Source: Mobula birostris
Lineage: Eukaryota
Length of the DNA: 64,000 nucleotides
Reading direction: 5' to 3'
Assembly: GCF_030028105.1 (NCBI RefSeq)
Contig: NC_092371.1
Location: forward strand, 96,189,064-96,253,063
Below, piece by piece: positions 47,930 through 60,685 of this stretch (positions within the stretch are counted from its first letter, which is position 1; each line of letters opens with the position of its first letter). Under the pieces are notes generated by a model that saw only the letters and a program-made list of their open reading frames with translations, had not been told where the DNA came from and ran no database searches. The position numbers were made by a program, and so were the translations under genes.

Positions 47930-49000
47930 TGGGAAACAAGACAGCCCAAATTTGATCTGGTTCTACTTGCTTACATTTGGCCCACCTCCCTCTAAATATT
48001 TCCATGAACCTGTCCAAGTGTCCCTTAATCGTTGTAATTGTACCGTCCTCTACCAACTAGTCTGGCAGCTCGTTCCATGTACCAATCACTTTCTGTGTAG
48101 TAATCTTGCCCTTCAGATCCCTTTTTCCCCCTCTTACGTTGTACCTCTATATTCTAGTTTTCGGCTCCCCTACCCTGGGGAAACGACTGACTATCCACCT
48201 TATGAATGCCCCTCATTATTTTATAGCCGTTTGGAGGGTCACGCTGCAGTCTTATTCGCTCCAGGGAAAATAGTCCCACACTAGTCAGTCTCTCCTCCTA
48301 ACTCAAGTTCTCCAGTCCTAGCGACTTCCTTTCTTCTCTGCTATACACTTATCATAGAATACTTATTGCATGGTGAGCGGAAACGCGCACAATATTCCAG
48401 CTGTTATTTGACATCTGACTGTTGTGCTCAACTGCCCCACCCGAAGAAGGCAAGCATGCCTCAGGACGACTTCACCAACTAGTCTACTGTGTAGTCAGTC
48501 TCAGGGATCTGTACTTGAACCACATGGTCTCTGCGTTCACCACCACTCCTCCGGGCTCTGTCATAAGTTCCGACCTGAAATAACTTTCCAAAATGTATCA
48601 CTTTTCTCTTCTCTGAGTTAACTTCCATCTGCCATTCATTTACTCACTATTCCAGTTAACATACACCATGCTGTTATCTTAGGCAACCTACTTCATTATC
48701 TACCACGCCATGAGTTTTAGTATCATCTTTCAATGTAATAATCTTGCCACCTGGATCCTCATCCACATCGATAATATATCTAACAAAAAAACAGGGGACC
48801 CAGCGACGATCCCTGCGCCATACGAATTATCACACGACTCCAAACTGAATACCAGTCCTCCACTACTAGCCTCTACTGCTTTCCACCAAGCCACTTTATT
48901 ACGCACCTGGCAATTGCTCTCCCGATCCTTTGTGATTCTCCTTCTGGAGCAGTCCACCATGAGGAACGTTGTCGAAAGCCAACCTAAGATCCATTAGGTA
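47930..49000 (-). mobile_element. Old decayed CR1-like fragment
   Basis: Degenerate similarity to the CR1 3' end and RT region (e.g. ORF 48730-48960). Confidence 0.5.
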
Positions 49001-49678
49001 GCTTCTACTGCTTGCTCTCGTCAAAATTCTTGGTCATACCTTCAAACCACTAACCTAAATTCGTAAGACTACATTCCTTAATCAGCGTTAGCGATGCAAA
49101 CACAGATAGATCCTGCCTCCTAGAATTACCTTCCTAACTTCATACTTTTGTAAATAAACTGCATCAAAATTAAATCCGCATTTGCTTCTATAGCTTCCAA
49201 CTTAATGTAGTTTTAGCAAGATATGAGCAATGTTTTGCTTGGTTCCCATTGTTATGTGATTATATTACTATGTTCTGTTATTTGTTGTGGCCTTTAAATG
49301 TATTAACCTAAGATATTAACAATGAGTTCTGTTGATTCCAAAGCATTCCACAGGTTGTCCCCGTTTCCCACCTGTCTTTATCTTAACAAATTAAATGTAG
49401 AAAAGGAATAATAATATGCCAGTAATTTAATGAATGAGTAACTCATGATCATTTTGTTCATATTTCATCCTGTCCCCTCAGTATTGCGATCGTGACCAGC
49501 GATTTATCATTCTTGTTCTTATTCTCTAAGTGCAGTTTTGAGAGTAGCTCCCACCAGCTGAAGGCAGTGATCAAAGATTTCACTGCATCTCAGAGGGAAA
49601 GTATTCAATAACTTCAATTGTTTCTGTGCTTTATTGTCATATTTGCAATCCATACTTAAGTAGGGCATAAAACGTCAG

Positions 49679-50635
49679 TGTCATGGTCCGGTCCCTGAAG
49701 TCCACGTTCCAGTTCACGGTCAGATTCGTGCTCCGGACTCCAGGTCTTCCGGCTGTTCCTTGTTTCAGTTGGGCTTAATCATAGGCACCTGATGCTCGTC
49801 TTGGGCCTGGTAATAGAAGTGGCTCTGGGTTCGGGTGGGGTTGCTGGTTCGTCTCGTCAGTATCCCGTCCTCGCCTCTGTAGGGTAATTCAGGCCGTCTT
49901 TGCCGTTACGCTGAGGCTGAACTGTTCCCTTCCCTTCTCCTTCCTTCTGAAGCCTTGCCTGCAACCTGTGTCTGGAGCCTTGCTTGCAACCTTGTCAAGT
50001 TCAACCACCGGAGCAAGACCAGAGCCTTGCTGTGTCAAGATAAGGAACTGTCTATCGCTGAGTTGGAACTGTCTCTGTGTCCACGCCTTCGCTAGGTAGG
50101 TCCGGCCGTTTTCCACTACCTAGTATTGAGAACCGTCTCGTCGTGTTCAGCATTCTGTTTATGAGCCCCGACCCTACGTCCTGTTCCCAAGGAGGGGTCC
50201 CGGCTCTGTGTTCCATGTTCCTGTCTCTCAAGTCCAAGGCTCCGTGTTCCCGTGCTCTAGACCAAGGCTCTGTGTTCCTGTCCTCTCCAAGACCAAGTCA
50301 AGGCTTCCGGCTTTGTGTTCCAAGGTTCCCGTCTTCCAAGACCACATCATGTCCTCGCCTCGAGGAACTCAAACCATGTCCAGTCCTGTAGCCACGTCAT
50401 GTCCTCGCCTACTTCCGGGGTCCGAGCCCGAGTCAAGACCCAGGTTCCTAGTTCCCAGTTCCTAGGCCTGGTCCCGCTTGCCTAGCCAATGTCCTAGCCC
50501 AAGTCTGTGTTCTTGTCCCAGTTCCTTGTCTACATCCAGTCACGTCCCTAACTCTAGTCGCTAGTCCTGTCCTGTTCCTAATACTTCAGTGTCTGTGTCT
50601 TGCATTTGGGTCCGCCACCAGCGTCCTTTATGACA
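49679..50635. mobile_element. Solo LTR related to 2228-3576
   Basis: TGTCAT...ATGACA termini; flanks GTCAG/ATCAG. Confidence 0.82.
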
Positions 50636-52984
50636 ATCAGCCTTTATTTCCTCACGAGTCCTGTATAAAGAGGTGCAGTGGGAAAATGGTTCCCCGGCGC
50701 TCAGAGACCCAGGAATCCATCCAGATTACCATGAAACAACAGTGTTGGAGAGGGTCAGTAACATCAGTGTTAAGGATAAAAATCATTGATTGATGACATA
50801 GATCTATTGCTGGGAAAACACTTACTGACATCACGCGCACGCTTATGGTGAATACACACATTGACAAATACCAATAAGCCGACAACGAATATCCTAGATG
50901 GTTCAGTGCTTTGCACATACATCGCTGCTGTAGCAATAACTCTCATCAACTGTCAATTACACCTAATAACGTTACACTACGGCAACTCTCACCCCACATT
51001 TGACGGCTAATACATTCTCCCAGCTAATTAGTTATGGCAGCCATTCACTAATACACAGCTTCCTATTTTCAGACAAGGTGGAACACAGTTGCAATGCTGC
51101 GAAACCACATGCACTCAGGGGCCTACAGGACTCTTCTTCGTCTAGGATGGGCCCTTGGTGTTGAGGATCACTTTCTCCAGCCCGGTTCTGGGATGGCTAC
51201 TGGGGCCAACATAAAATCTGAAATATTTCAATCAGTTGGGGCAACATTTGCTTAAAAGCGGGAAGAAGCGATGGATCACTGGTAACTTGGTGAAGGTCTC
51301 CTACTTTCGCTATTGACACTGGGCGTCAACGAGCGCCCGTGCATGGATTTGAAGTTCCCAATGCAACCTATACCGTTACTTTCCAGTTTATGTGTTTTTT
51401 CAACTTTCTTTCTAAGTATATATAGGATGCATATTACGTAAGCAACATTTAAAGAGCCGCGCAGTGTTCAGGCTGTGTAGAAATTTCCTGTTCAGAGCAA
51501 TTGTTGGGCCGTGCAGCTGTAAAAAAAAAAATAGAGGAAGCGTTAGGAGAGCAATATTTTCGCCTCACCAACCGTGGAAGTGATTTTGAGTAATTTGGAA
51601 AAAGTGGAATTCACTTGTTTACTGAAGAATATGCAACACCAAATTGTTTCAACTTTACAGTCCAGTGAATAGTGCCGGCCGAAAATAGGACGAAGCCTGA
51701 AACCTCAACACCGTTTCTCTTTTCACTGATGCTACCTGAGCTGCTGAGTATCGCTGCAGCATGCTGCGAGCCTGTTCGGCCATTCAATAATATGAGAACT
51801 GCAACAATACTTTCTTGAAGTAATCGCAGATTCTTTGACTCCTTAATAGGCATTTACACTTGCCTTGTTTATATTCCGAGACTGAACCTCTACCGCCCTC
51901 TTGGATAGAGAATTACAAGGGCTTTCCAGCTTCCGAGTGAAGATATTTGAGTGGTGGGTAAAAAGCAGGAAATGGAGTGGATGTTCAGCAGGTTAGACAA
52001 CGTCTGTGGTGGAGCAACAAAAGGGAGGTGTTAATATATAAGCTCATAACACCATAAGACTTAAGCGCAAACTTAGGTCATTCGGCCCATCGAGTCTGTT
52101 CTACGATTTCAAGGTTGCTGATTTCAGTTTCAATGGGTACACTCAATGCCAGAGAAATGTATCCATTATACATCCTGAAATTCTATTTTCTTCGCAAACT
52201 TCCTCGGAAACAGAAGAGTGCCTCAAAGAATGACTGACAGTTAAACATTAGAACCCCAAAGTACCGCTCCCTACCAGCTCCCCCTCCCACGCACAAGCAA
52301 GAGCAAGGAAAAGACAACCACCCTCCCCACCCCCACCAGTAAAAAAGCATCACCGCCCTCCACCGAGCACTCAAGCGTGCAGCAAGCAGCAATAAAGACA
52401 CATACTTAAAGTACCCCAACGTCTACTCATTCACTCGGTAATTCGATATACTACAGGCTCTCTCTCTCTCTCTCTCTCTCTCTCCCTAATAAGGAAAAAG
52501 AGGTTTCTCCGTTCGACAGCAAGAGGGGAGACATAACAAGCAAATTGCTGATTTACGATGTTAAAAGTCTGCTGCGTCTCCCTTTCCGAGCTCTGCGCCC
52601 AGAGAGTCGGCCCAAGAAAGGCGAAGCTCTCTGGGCACACAGCCCACGGCAGCTAACCCGCTGCTCCCGATGTCCCGTGTTCTCCAGCAACGCTTCACTC
52701 AGGGGCACCGACTTAGAATCAACACGTCTCCAGAGCCACGAAACCCGAAACCCTGCGCCTTCCAGCCGCGTCCGTGGGATAACAAAAAGAGGCCCGTCGT
52801 GAGGCCCTGAGAGCGGGTCCCATTCCCGCACAGAACCGAAGTCAGAGTGTAACTCCAGGTCAGGGTCTTCAAAAAAAAACTTTAAAAAGGGAAAAAAGAG
52901 ATATCAAAGATAGAAACTGTTTCCGAAGATGCAAGGAAAGGAGTCGCCATTTACCAGCTTCTCAATCTCATTCTCCTGCCTTCC

Positions 52985-54995
52985 CCTCGTAACATTTGAT
53001 CCTCCTAGTGATCAAGAACTTACCACTATCCGCCTGCACAGCCGTCAGGAGGAAGAAGGCAGCATACATGAGGTTTAGGAAGCAAGGATCAGGTGGGTCT
53101 ATTGAGGAATATAGGGAAGCAAGAAAGGAGCTTAAGAAGGGGCTGAGAAGAGCAAGAAGGGGGCATGAGAAGGCCGTGGCAAGTAGGGTAAAGGAAAACC
53201 CCAAGGCATTCTTCAATTATGTGAAGAAAAAAAGGATGACAGGAGTGAAGGTAGGACCGATTAGAGATAAAGGTGGGAAGATGTGCCTGGAGGCTGTGGA
53301 AGTGAGCGAGGTCCTCAATGAATACTTCTCTTCGGTATTCACCAATGGGAGGGAACTTGATGACAGTGAGGACAATATGAGTGAGGTTGATGTTCTGGAG
53401 CATGCTGATATTAAGGGAGAGGAGGTGTTGGCGTTGTTAAAATACATTAGGACAGATAAGTCCCCGGGGCCTGACGGAATATTCCCCAGGCTGCTCCACG
53501 GAACAAGAGAAGAGATTGCTGAGCCTCTGGCTAGGATCTTTATGTCCTCGTTGTCCACGGGAATGGTACCGGAGGATTGGAGGGAGGCGAATGTTGTTCC
53601 CTTGTTCAAAAAAGGTAGTAGGGATAGTCCGGGTAATTATAGACCAGTGAGCCTTACGTCTGTGGTGGGAAAGCTGTTGGAAAAGATTCTTAGAGATAGG
53701 ATCTATAGGCATTTAGAGAATCATGGTCTGATCAGGGACAGTCAGCATGGCTTTGTGAAGGGAAGATCGTGTCTATCAAGCCTGATAGAGTTCTTTGAGG
53801 AGGTGACCAGGCATATAGATGAGGGTAGTGCAGTGGATGTGATCTATATGGATTTTAGTAAGGCATTTGACATGGTTCCACACGGTAGGCTTATTCAGAA
53901 AGTTAGAAGGCATGCGATCCAGGGGAGTTTAGCCAGGTGGATTCAGAATTGGCTTGCCTGCAGAAGGCAGAGGGTGGTGTGGAGGGAGTACATTCAGATT
54001 GAAGGATTGTGACTAGTGGTGTCCCACAAGGATCTGTTCTGGGACCTATACTTTTCGTGATTTTTATTAATGACCTGGATGTGGGGGTAGAAGGGTGGGT
54101 TGGCAAGTTTGCAGACGACACAAAGGTTGGTGGTGTTGTAGATAGTGTAGAGGATTGTCAAAGATTGCAGAGAGACATTGATAGGATGCAGAAGTGGGCT
54201 GAGAAGTGGCAGATGGAGTTCAACCCAGAGAAGTGTGAGGTGGTACACAAACTCCAAGGCAGAGTACAAAGTAAATGGCAGGATACTTGGTAGTGTGGAG
54301 GAGCAGAGGGATCTCGGGGTACATGTCCACAGATCCCTGAAAGTTGCCTCACAGGTGGATAGGGTAGTTAAGAAAGCTTATGGGGTGTTAGCTTTCATAA
54401 ATCGAGGGATAGAGTTTAAGAGTCGCGATGTAATGATGCAGCTCTATAAAACTCTGGTTAGGACACACTTGGAGTATTGTGTCCAGTTCTGGTCACCTCA
54501 CTATAGGAAGGATGTGGAAGCATTGGAAAGGGTACAGAGGAGATTTACCAGGATGCTGTCTGGCTTAGAGAGTATGGATTATGATCAGAGATTAAGGGAG
54601 CTAGGGCTTTACTCTTTGGAGAGAAGGAGGATGAGAGGAGACATAATAGAGGTGTACAAGATAATAAGAGGAATAGATAGAATGGATAGCCAGCGCCTCT
54701 TCCCCAGGGCACCACTGCTCAATACAAGAGGACATGGCTTTAAGGTAAGGGGTGGGAAGTTCAAGGGAGATATTAGAGGAAAGTTTTTTACTCAGAGAGT
54801 GGTTGGTGCGTGGAATGCACTGCCTGAGTCAGTGGTGGAGGCAGATACACTAGTGAAGTTTAAGAGACTACTAGACAGGTAAATGGAAGAATCTAAGGTG
54901 GGGGCTTATATGGGAGGCAGGGTTTGAGGGTCGGCACAACATTGTGGGCCGAAGGGCCTGTACTGAGCTGTACTATTCTATGTTCTATGTTCTAT
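52985..54995 (+). mobile_element. 5'-truncated CR1 LINE with frameshifts (same family as 1652-4386)
   Basis: ORFs 52996-54012, 54009-54293, 54178-54882 give successive RT segments; (TATGTTC)n tail. Confidence 0.93.
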
Positions 54996-56497
54996 GAATT
55001 CCACAGACTCGCCACCCTCTGGCTAAAGCAATCCCTCCTCGTCTCTGTTCTAAAGGGACTTCCTTGTATTCTGAGGCTGCGTCCTTTGGTCCTAGACTCC
55101 CCCACTACAGGTAAGATACACTCCATATATTATCTTGGCCAATAAATATTCAATAAATATTCTCCAGCGAAGTCGAGCCAAAAGCCACCACACGCTCCTC
55201 AGACCCTTTCATTTGCAGGATAATTCTCGTGAACGTCCTCTGCAACCTCTCTAAGACCAGCAAATTCATTCATAGATAAGGGGCTCAAAACTGCTCGCAA
55301 TACTCCAAGTGCGGTCTGACAAATGCCTTATAAAACTTCAGAATGACACACTTGATTTTTTTTTTTATTCTAGTCCTCTCAAAATGTCTGCTAACGTTGA
55401 ATTTCCCTTCCTTACCACCAATTCAACCTGCAAGTTAACCTCTGGAGAACCCTGCATGAGGACTCCCAAGTCGTTTTGCACCTGGTATTTGGATTTACTC
55501 CACACTTAGAAAATAACTAATGCCTTTATTTCTCTTACCAAAGTACATGAACATACACTTCTGTACAACGTATACCATCTGCGACTTCTCTGTCACATTC
55601 TCCAACTCTAATTCCTGCTCCCGATTCCCTGCTTCCTCAGCACTATCTGCCCCTCCATCTATCTCTGATTGTTAGCTTCTCACTCTCAAACTGCGGGGTG
55701 AATTCTATCATATTATGATCACTGCGTCCTAAAATTGAATACACGCAGTATACGGAATAAGGTAGATGAACTTGTAACACAGTTACAGATTGGCATGTAC
55801 GACGTGGCGGGCATCGAGACTGAATGAAGATTATAGCTGGGAGCTTAACGTCCAAGGATACATATTGTGTCGAAAGGACAGCTGAATTTTAACACCAGCA
55901 CATCTGCAAAATAGCTGTGCAGAACTGTTCCAATGTTATGGGTTTTCCTGCCTGCAACACGCTGCTTAGTATGGCGGTAGAGGCAAATATATTAGAGGTT
56001 TTTTTTAAGAGACGTTTAGATAGGCGCATAGATATGAGGAAGATGGATATGGACATTATGTGGGTAAGAGGGATTAGTTTTGTTTTTTTTAACTTAGTTT
56101 TTAGGACGTACGGCACGACATTGTGGGCTGAAGGGCTGTCCCTATGCTGTACTGTTTTTCGTTCTATGCTCTATGACTGACAGGTAGGCAGAGGGAGTAG
56201 GGTGGCTCTGTAGGTAAAAAATGAAATGAAGTCAGTGAAAGAGGTTATCCATTTCCAAACAGCATCTGTCAGGCATAAATCGGAACAATTCGATTCACAC
56301 TGGGAAAAATGGTTTGGCTACATAACACCCCACAGCCCTGATTTTATTCTCACAAATCAATGATTATGTTGCAAAAAACAGATCACTCCCTATTTGTACA
56401 TAGTGTTCCTTTTGTTTGTTCTTTTCTTTCTTTTCTTTTCTATAAGTGTATACCTCAGATAAATACTATGTGGAGATTTGTGGCAAACATGAATATA

Positions 56498-56727
56498 TGA
56501 AACATAGAAACATAGAAAATAGGTGCAGGAGTAGGCCATTCGGCCCTTCGAGCCTGCACCGCCATTTATTATGATCATGGCTGATCATCCAACTCAGAAC
56601 CCCGCCCCAGCCTTCCCTGCATACCCTCTGATCCCCGTAGCCACAAGGGCCATATCTAACTCCCTCTTAAATATAGCCAATGAACTGGCCTCAACTGTTT
56701 CCTGTGGCAGAGAATTCCACAGATTCC
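56498..56727 (-). mobile_element. Short CR1 3'-end copy
   Basis: Near-identical to the reverse complement of ~30370-30597, including the (GAAACATA)n tail. Confidence 0.88.
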
Positions 56728-57974
56728 ATATGATCTTACTTCCTGCCATAATTTACATATTACTATTTAATTATTTATGGTTTTATTACCATTTAATTAT
56801 TTATGATGCAACTGTAACGAAAACCAATTTCCCCTGGATCAATAAAGTATGACTATGACTATGACTATACATACATACAGTATCTGAAATACATCTTACA
56901 GAAATGTTTGTATGATGCTGAATTTCAATTGAAAAAAAATAAATTACAAAGAAAAAGAGGTTATCTACGATCGGAAGGTGTAGAATCGTTTGGATTGTGA
57001 TCATTCAATAATGTTACGACTGCCGCGCCGCTTTCATAAAGTAATCGTATATCAATTTACACTTGCCTTCAAATTATTCAGAGATCAAGCCTCCACATGC
57101 CTCTTGGGTAGAGAATTACTGAAATATTTAGCTTCTGAGTGAAGATATTTCTCGTCACCGATATCCTGAAAAGCCAAGCATTGATTTTTGAAGCTAAAAT
57201 ATGGCGAACCATTTCCAGCCCAGTGAGAATATTTCTCCCGTGTTAACTTGCAGGAACAAATATCTGACTCATTTTAAATAATAATAATAATATTGTGTAT
57301 AGAATGCAGCGCCTTCATCTCAGTACCCCTACTTCAGCGATAAATTAGCGCGCTGGAATAGCATTTGCTCCGAATGCTCAAAGAAAAGCGTAAGCAGTTA
57401 AAAAAAAAAGTACATTTTACGTTGGTATTGTTCAGGACGTCAACAGACTGGAATGGGTTGCAAGTGAACAAACCGCTCCCCAGCTGCTCTGTTCGTGAGA
57501 ATGATCCCGCAAAACAAAAATACATATTAAATATGCTTTAATCTCCACGGAAATAATCTGCCCCGTTGTGCACTATCGGTCACAGTCCTTCGAATTGAAC
57601 ATAATATGCTTAATCGCAATCGAAAATAGAATAGAGCGGTATTAATGTCATATAATTGAATCAACACCGCAAACGCAGCGTTCGCATTTCCAAGACTGCT
57701 TTATTTGAAATTCATGACATGGGATTCGCTTTGAACACGCGACTTATTTATTCATTATTAATATACAATCTGATTTTGCAGCTAGCAATTAATTGCCAAC
57801 CCCGAAGATGTAATATATAATATGGCATAACCCCTATCTGCAGAAAGTCAGAACACCGTATTCAGAATTGTATAGCTCCGTGTGCATGACGTACTAACGT
57901 CATTCCTTACAGAGCTTGCGTTTGACTTGACCTCAGTTCAGATGCACCAATCGTGTTCTGCCCTTTGGTTAAGG

Positions 57975-57982
57975 ATTTGCAT
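57975..57982 (+). promoter_or_regulatory. Ig octamer ATTTGCAT
   Basis: Exact octamer 110 bp upstream of the leader ATG; TGATAAAA at ~58008; CRE-like motifs at 57886-57935. Confidence 0.9.
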
Positions 57983-58091
57983 AAATTTGGATCCTTCTTC
58001 ATAAGGCTGATAAAAGGAGATTGGGACACAGATAATCGATCAATTTCCCAGGCGTGTCATGAGCAGTTCTGGGTTTATTAAATTCTTCGCC

Positions 58092-60651
58092 ATGTGTAAG
58101 CGTCTTGGTGTTGTCATTCTGATAGTGCTTCTGGTCTCAGGTAAGTATGTCGTTAGCTTTTCCTTCCTTGTTGAGCGCACCGTGAGTAAGGTTAAAGCAC
58201 TATATTAAATATTCTGAGATATTTCAAAATTGCCTGTATTCCCTTTTAGAATCAAAGGCACAAGTTATTCTAAGCCAACCACCATCTGTTTCTACTGACT
58301 CGGGAGGGAATGTCGAAATTTACTGTACTTTGAAAGGCGTCGTCATGGGAAACGCTTTAATAACCTGGTACCAGCAAAGGACTGAAAATGCTCCTCCTCG
58401 GTATCTCCTGCGCCATGATTCTCAAGACCTAGTCAGGGCATCAGGTACTCCAGATCGATTCTCCGGTAGAAGTGACTCGTCACTCAACTCCAGATATTTA
58501 ACCATCACTGGGGTTCAAAAAGAAGATGAAGCGAACTACTATTGCGGTGTGTGGGTAAGCTCCAGTAACACATATAACTTCGGAACTGGAACGAAGCTAA
58601 CGATGTTATGTAAGTAACCTTAATCCGTCGGATAGGCGTACGATTGAATATTTGGTACCGTGGATTAATATTTTTTTTCATATATGTAGCATATGGTGAC
58701 GTTTTTAAAGGTATCCCTTGTATATAAATCTTGTTGTTTTGATGGAGAACCTGATGGGTTTCCAGCGCCATGGGTTATGTCTTAATCATTCGAACTATTC
58801 AATGAAAATCGTTAACTTTGAGACCTTTCTCTTCGGGACTCCATCTGAGATGCAAAGGCTAAATATTACCCTTCTTCCTCCCCCCCCCCGCACCAACCCC
58901 CGACCTGTCCTACTTTGTTTTCCTGTATTAGACACTGCAAGAAGACTCAGCTTCAGTGTCAACATGGTTCATCCACACTTTCTCCGTAGAGGTCGATACA
59001 CTGTTTTGTTTAAAGGAGTAAGATAACAAGAGATAAAATTCACCATACAGTTTGAGAAGGAGAAGTTCAAGTCAGATACATCAGTACTGCAATGAAGTAA
59101 AAGTATTTACAGAGGCATGATAGAGGAACAGGCCAACATTGATTGCAGCAGGAATGACGGCAGAAAAGCAGTTTCTGGGAGCAGTTCGGAAAGCACAGAA
59201 TAGATACATCTCAAAGATGAAAAAGTAGTCTAAAGGGAGGATAATCGCCGACAAAAAAGTCAAGGACAGCATAAAAGCAAAATAGAGGCATAAAATACAG
59301 CCAAAGTTAGTAGTAATTTGGCGAATTCGGAAACTTTTAAAACCCAACAGAAGACAATTTACAAAAAGCCACAAGGTGAGAAAAGATGAAAGAAGGTGAG
59401 CTCGCAAATAAAATAAATACAGAGGATACCGGAAGTATTTTCAGATGTACACAGAGTAAAAGAAAGGCGAGAATGGATATTAGACTGCTTGAAAATGATG
59501 CTTAATAAGTATTTTGCGTCAGCCTGTACTGTGGAAGATACCAGCAGTATGCTAGAACTGCAATAGTGTCAGGGGCCAGAGGAGTTTATACTCGTTATTA
59601 GTAAGGAGACTGAAGCTGAAAGGTCTAAAGTTAGATAGGTCACCTGGACCATCTGGACTACAGCCCAGGGTTCTGAAGGAGGTAGCTGAAAAGACTGCGG
59701 AGGCATTACGATTGAGTTTTCAAGAAACCCTGAATTCTGGAATGCTGTGTATCTTCGTAATAGACAGCTAGTTATTTATCGTTTATCATAGGGCAGACAA
59801 GATAGTCTATGGGGCCTTTTTATGGAAGCACTTCAAGCAGAATGGGAGCAGAGAGAACGTGGAATGAGATTTTAATTTTTATCTATATTACAACTAGAAT
59901 TTTAAATGGGATGACCAAAGCGGGCCATTTATCCGCGCTATAATGCCGGCCCGATTACCATACCGGACGTTTTATATGTTGGTTATCTTTTCTTCGTTCG
60001 TTACAGTCCACTATTGTACATTTATGGTGACCGATTGTCGGGAAGCAAATCTCAGCAAGACTGTAGTTATATGGTGATGTAAATGAATGTTAACTTTCTG
60101 GAAAAATTCTAGGCTGTGCCCCAAGGAAACTCTGTCAATGTACTTCATACCCAACATCTTAGGTACATTAACAAATTATTCAGAGAATATTCCACCGTCG
60201 GTCCCGGGGCATTGGTAAATGCTAAGGATCTCCTCTCAAACAATTCTTTAATTTCCGTTTCAAATGAACACCCTCATTATCTAGTTCCTCCAAATCTCTT
60301 TTTTTTTTCTTTACAGCCCAAGAATTGTCCAGCCCTAAGGTCTCCCTTCTCCTGCCGGCGTCCGATCAGATCACTAAAGGAAAGATGGCGACCCTGGTGT
60401 GCCTAGTCAATAATTTTTACCCTGAAGGGGTGGCGGTCTCCTGGAGCACCGACGGCATGGTGGTCAACGCAGGTGTTAAGACATCTCGAGCAGTGAAGGA
60501 CACCGACCAGACCTACAGACTGAGCAGTTACCTCACCCTGACCGCCTCCGAGTGGAACTCACACGAAGTGTACACTTGCGGGGTTACACACGCGTCTCTC
60601 GTGTCTCAGTTGAAGCGAAGCATCCGGAGATCGGAGTGTACGCCATCTTAG
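58092..60651 (+). CDS. IGL: Intact germline-joined Ig light chain lambda (type II) gene: exons 58092-58140, 58250-58609, 60317-60651
   Basis: All introns GT-AG and phase 1; spliced frame open: MCKRLGVVILIVLLVSESKA-QVILSQPPS...YC...WYQQ...YYCGVWVSSSNTYNFGTGTKLTML-SQELSSPKVSLLLP...ATLVCLV...YTC...RSECTPS*. Confidence 0.95.
58250..58609 (+). CDS. IGLV: Pre-joined VJ exon (leader part 2 + V + J)
   Basis: ttttag|AA acceptor and T|GTAAGT donor; FGTGTKL J motif follows an 11-aa CDR3 with no RSS. Confidence 0.95.
59081..59750 (+). mobile_element. Decayed CR1 fragment in the J-C intron
   Basis: Degenerate homology to the CR1 EN-RT linker (e.g. GATAGGTCACCTGGACCATCTGGACTACAGCCCAGGGTTCTGAAGGAGGTAGC). 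Confidence 0.65.
60317..60651 (+). CDS. IGLC: Constant exon C3
   Basis: Polypyrimidine tract + ttacag|CC; C1-set motifs; clearly homologous to but more distant from C1/C2. Confidence 0.94.
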
Positions 60652-60679
60652 TGGCCGCTGTTATTTACCATCGGCGACG

Positions 60680-60685
60680 ATTAAA
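60680..60685 (+). promoter_or_regulatory. Candidate ATTAAA polyadenylation signal
   Basis: Variant hexamer 29 nt after the stop; no nearby AATAAA seen. Confidence 0.35.
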
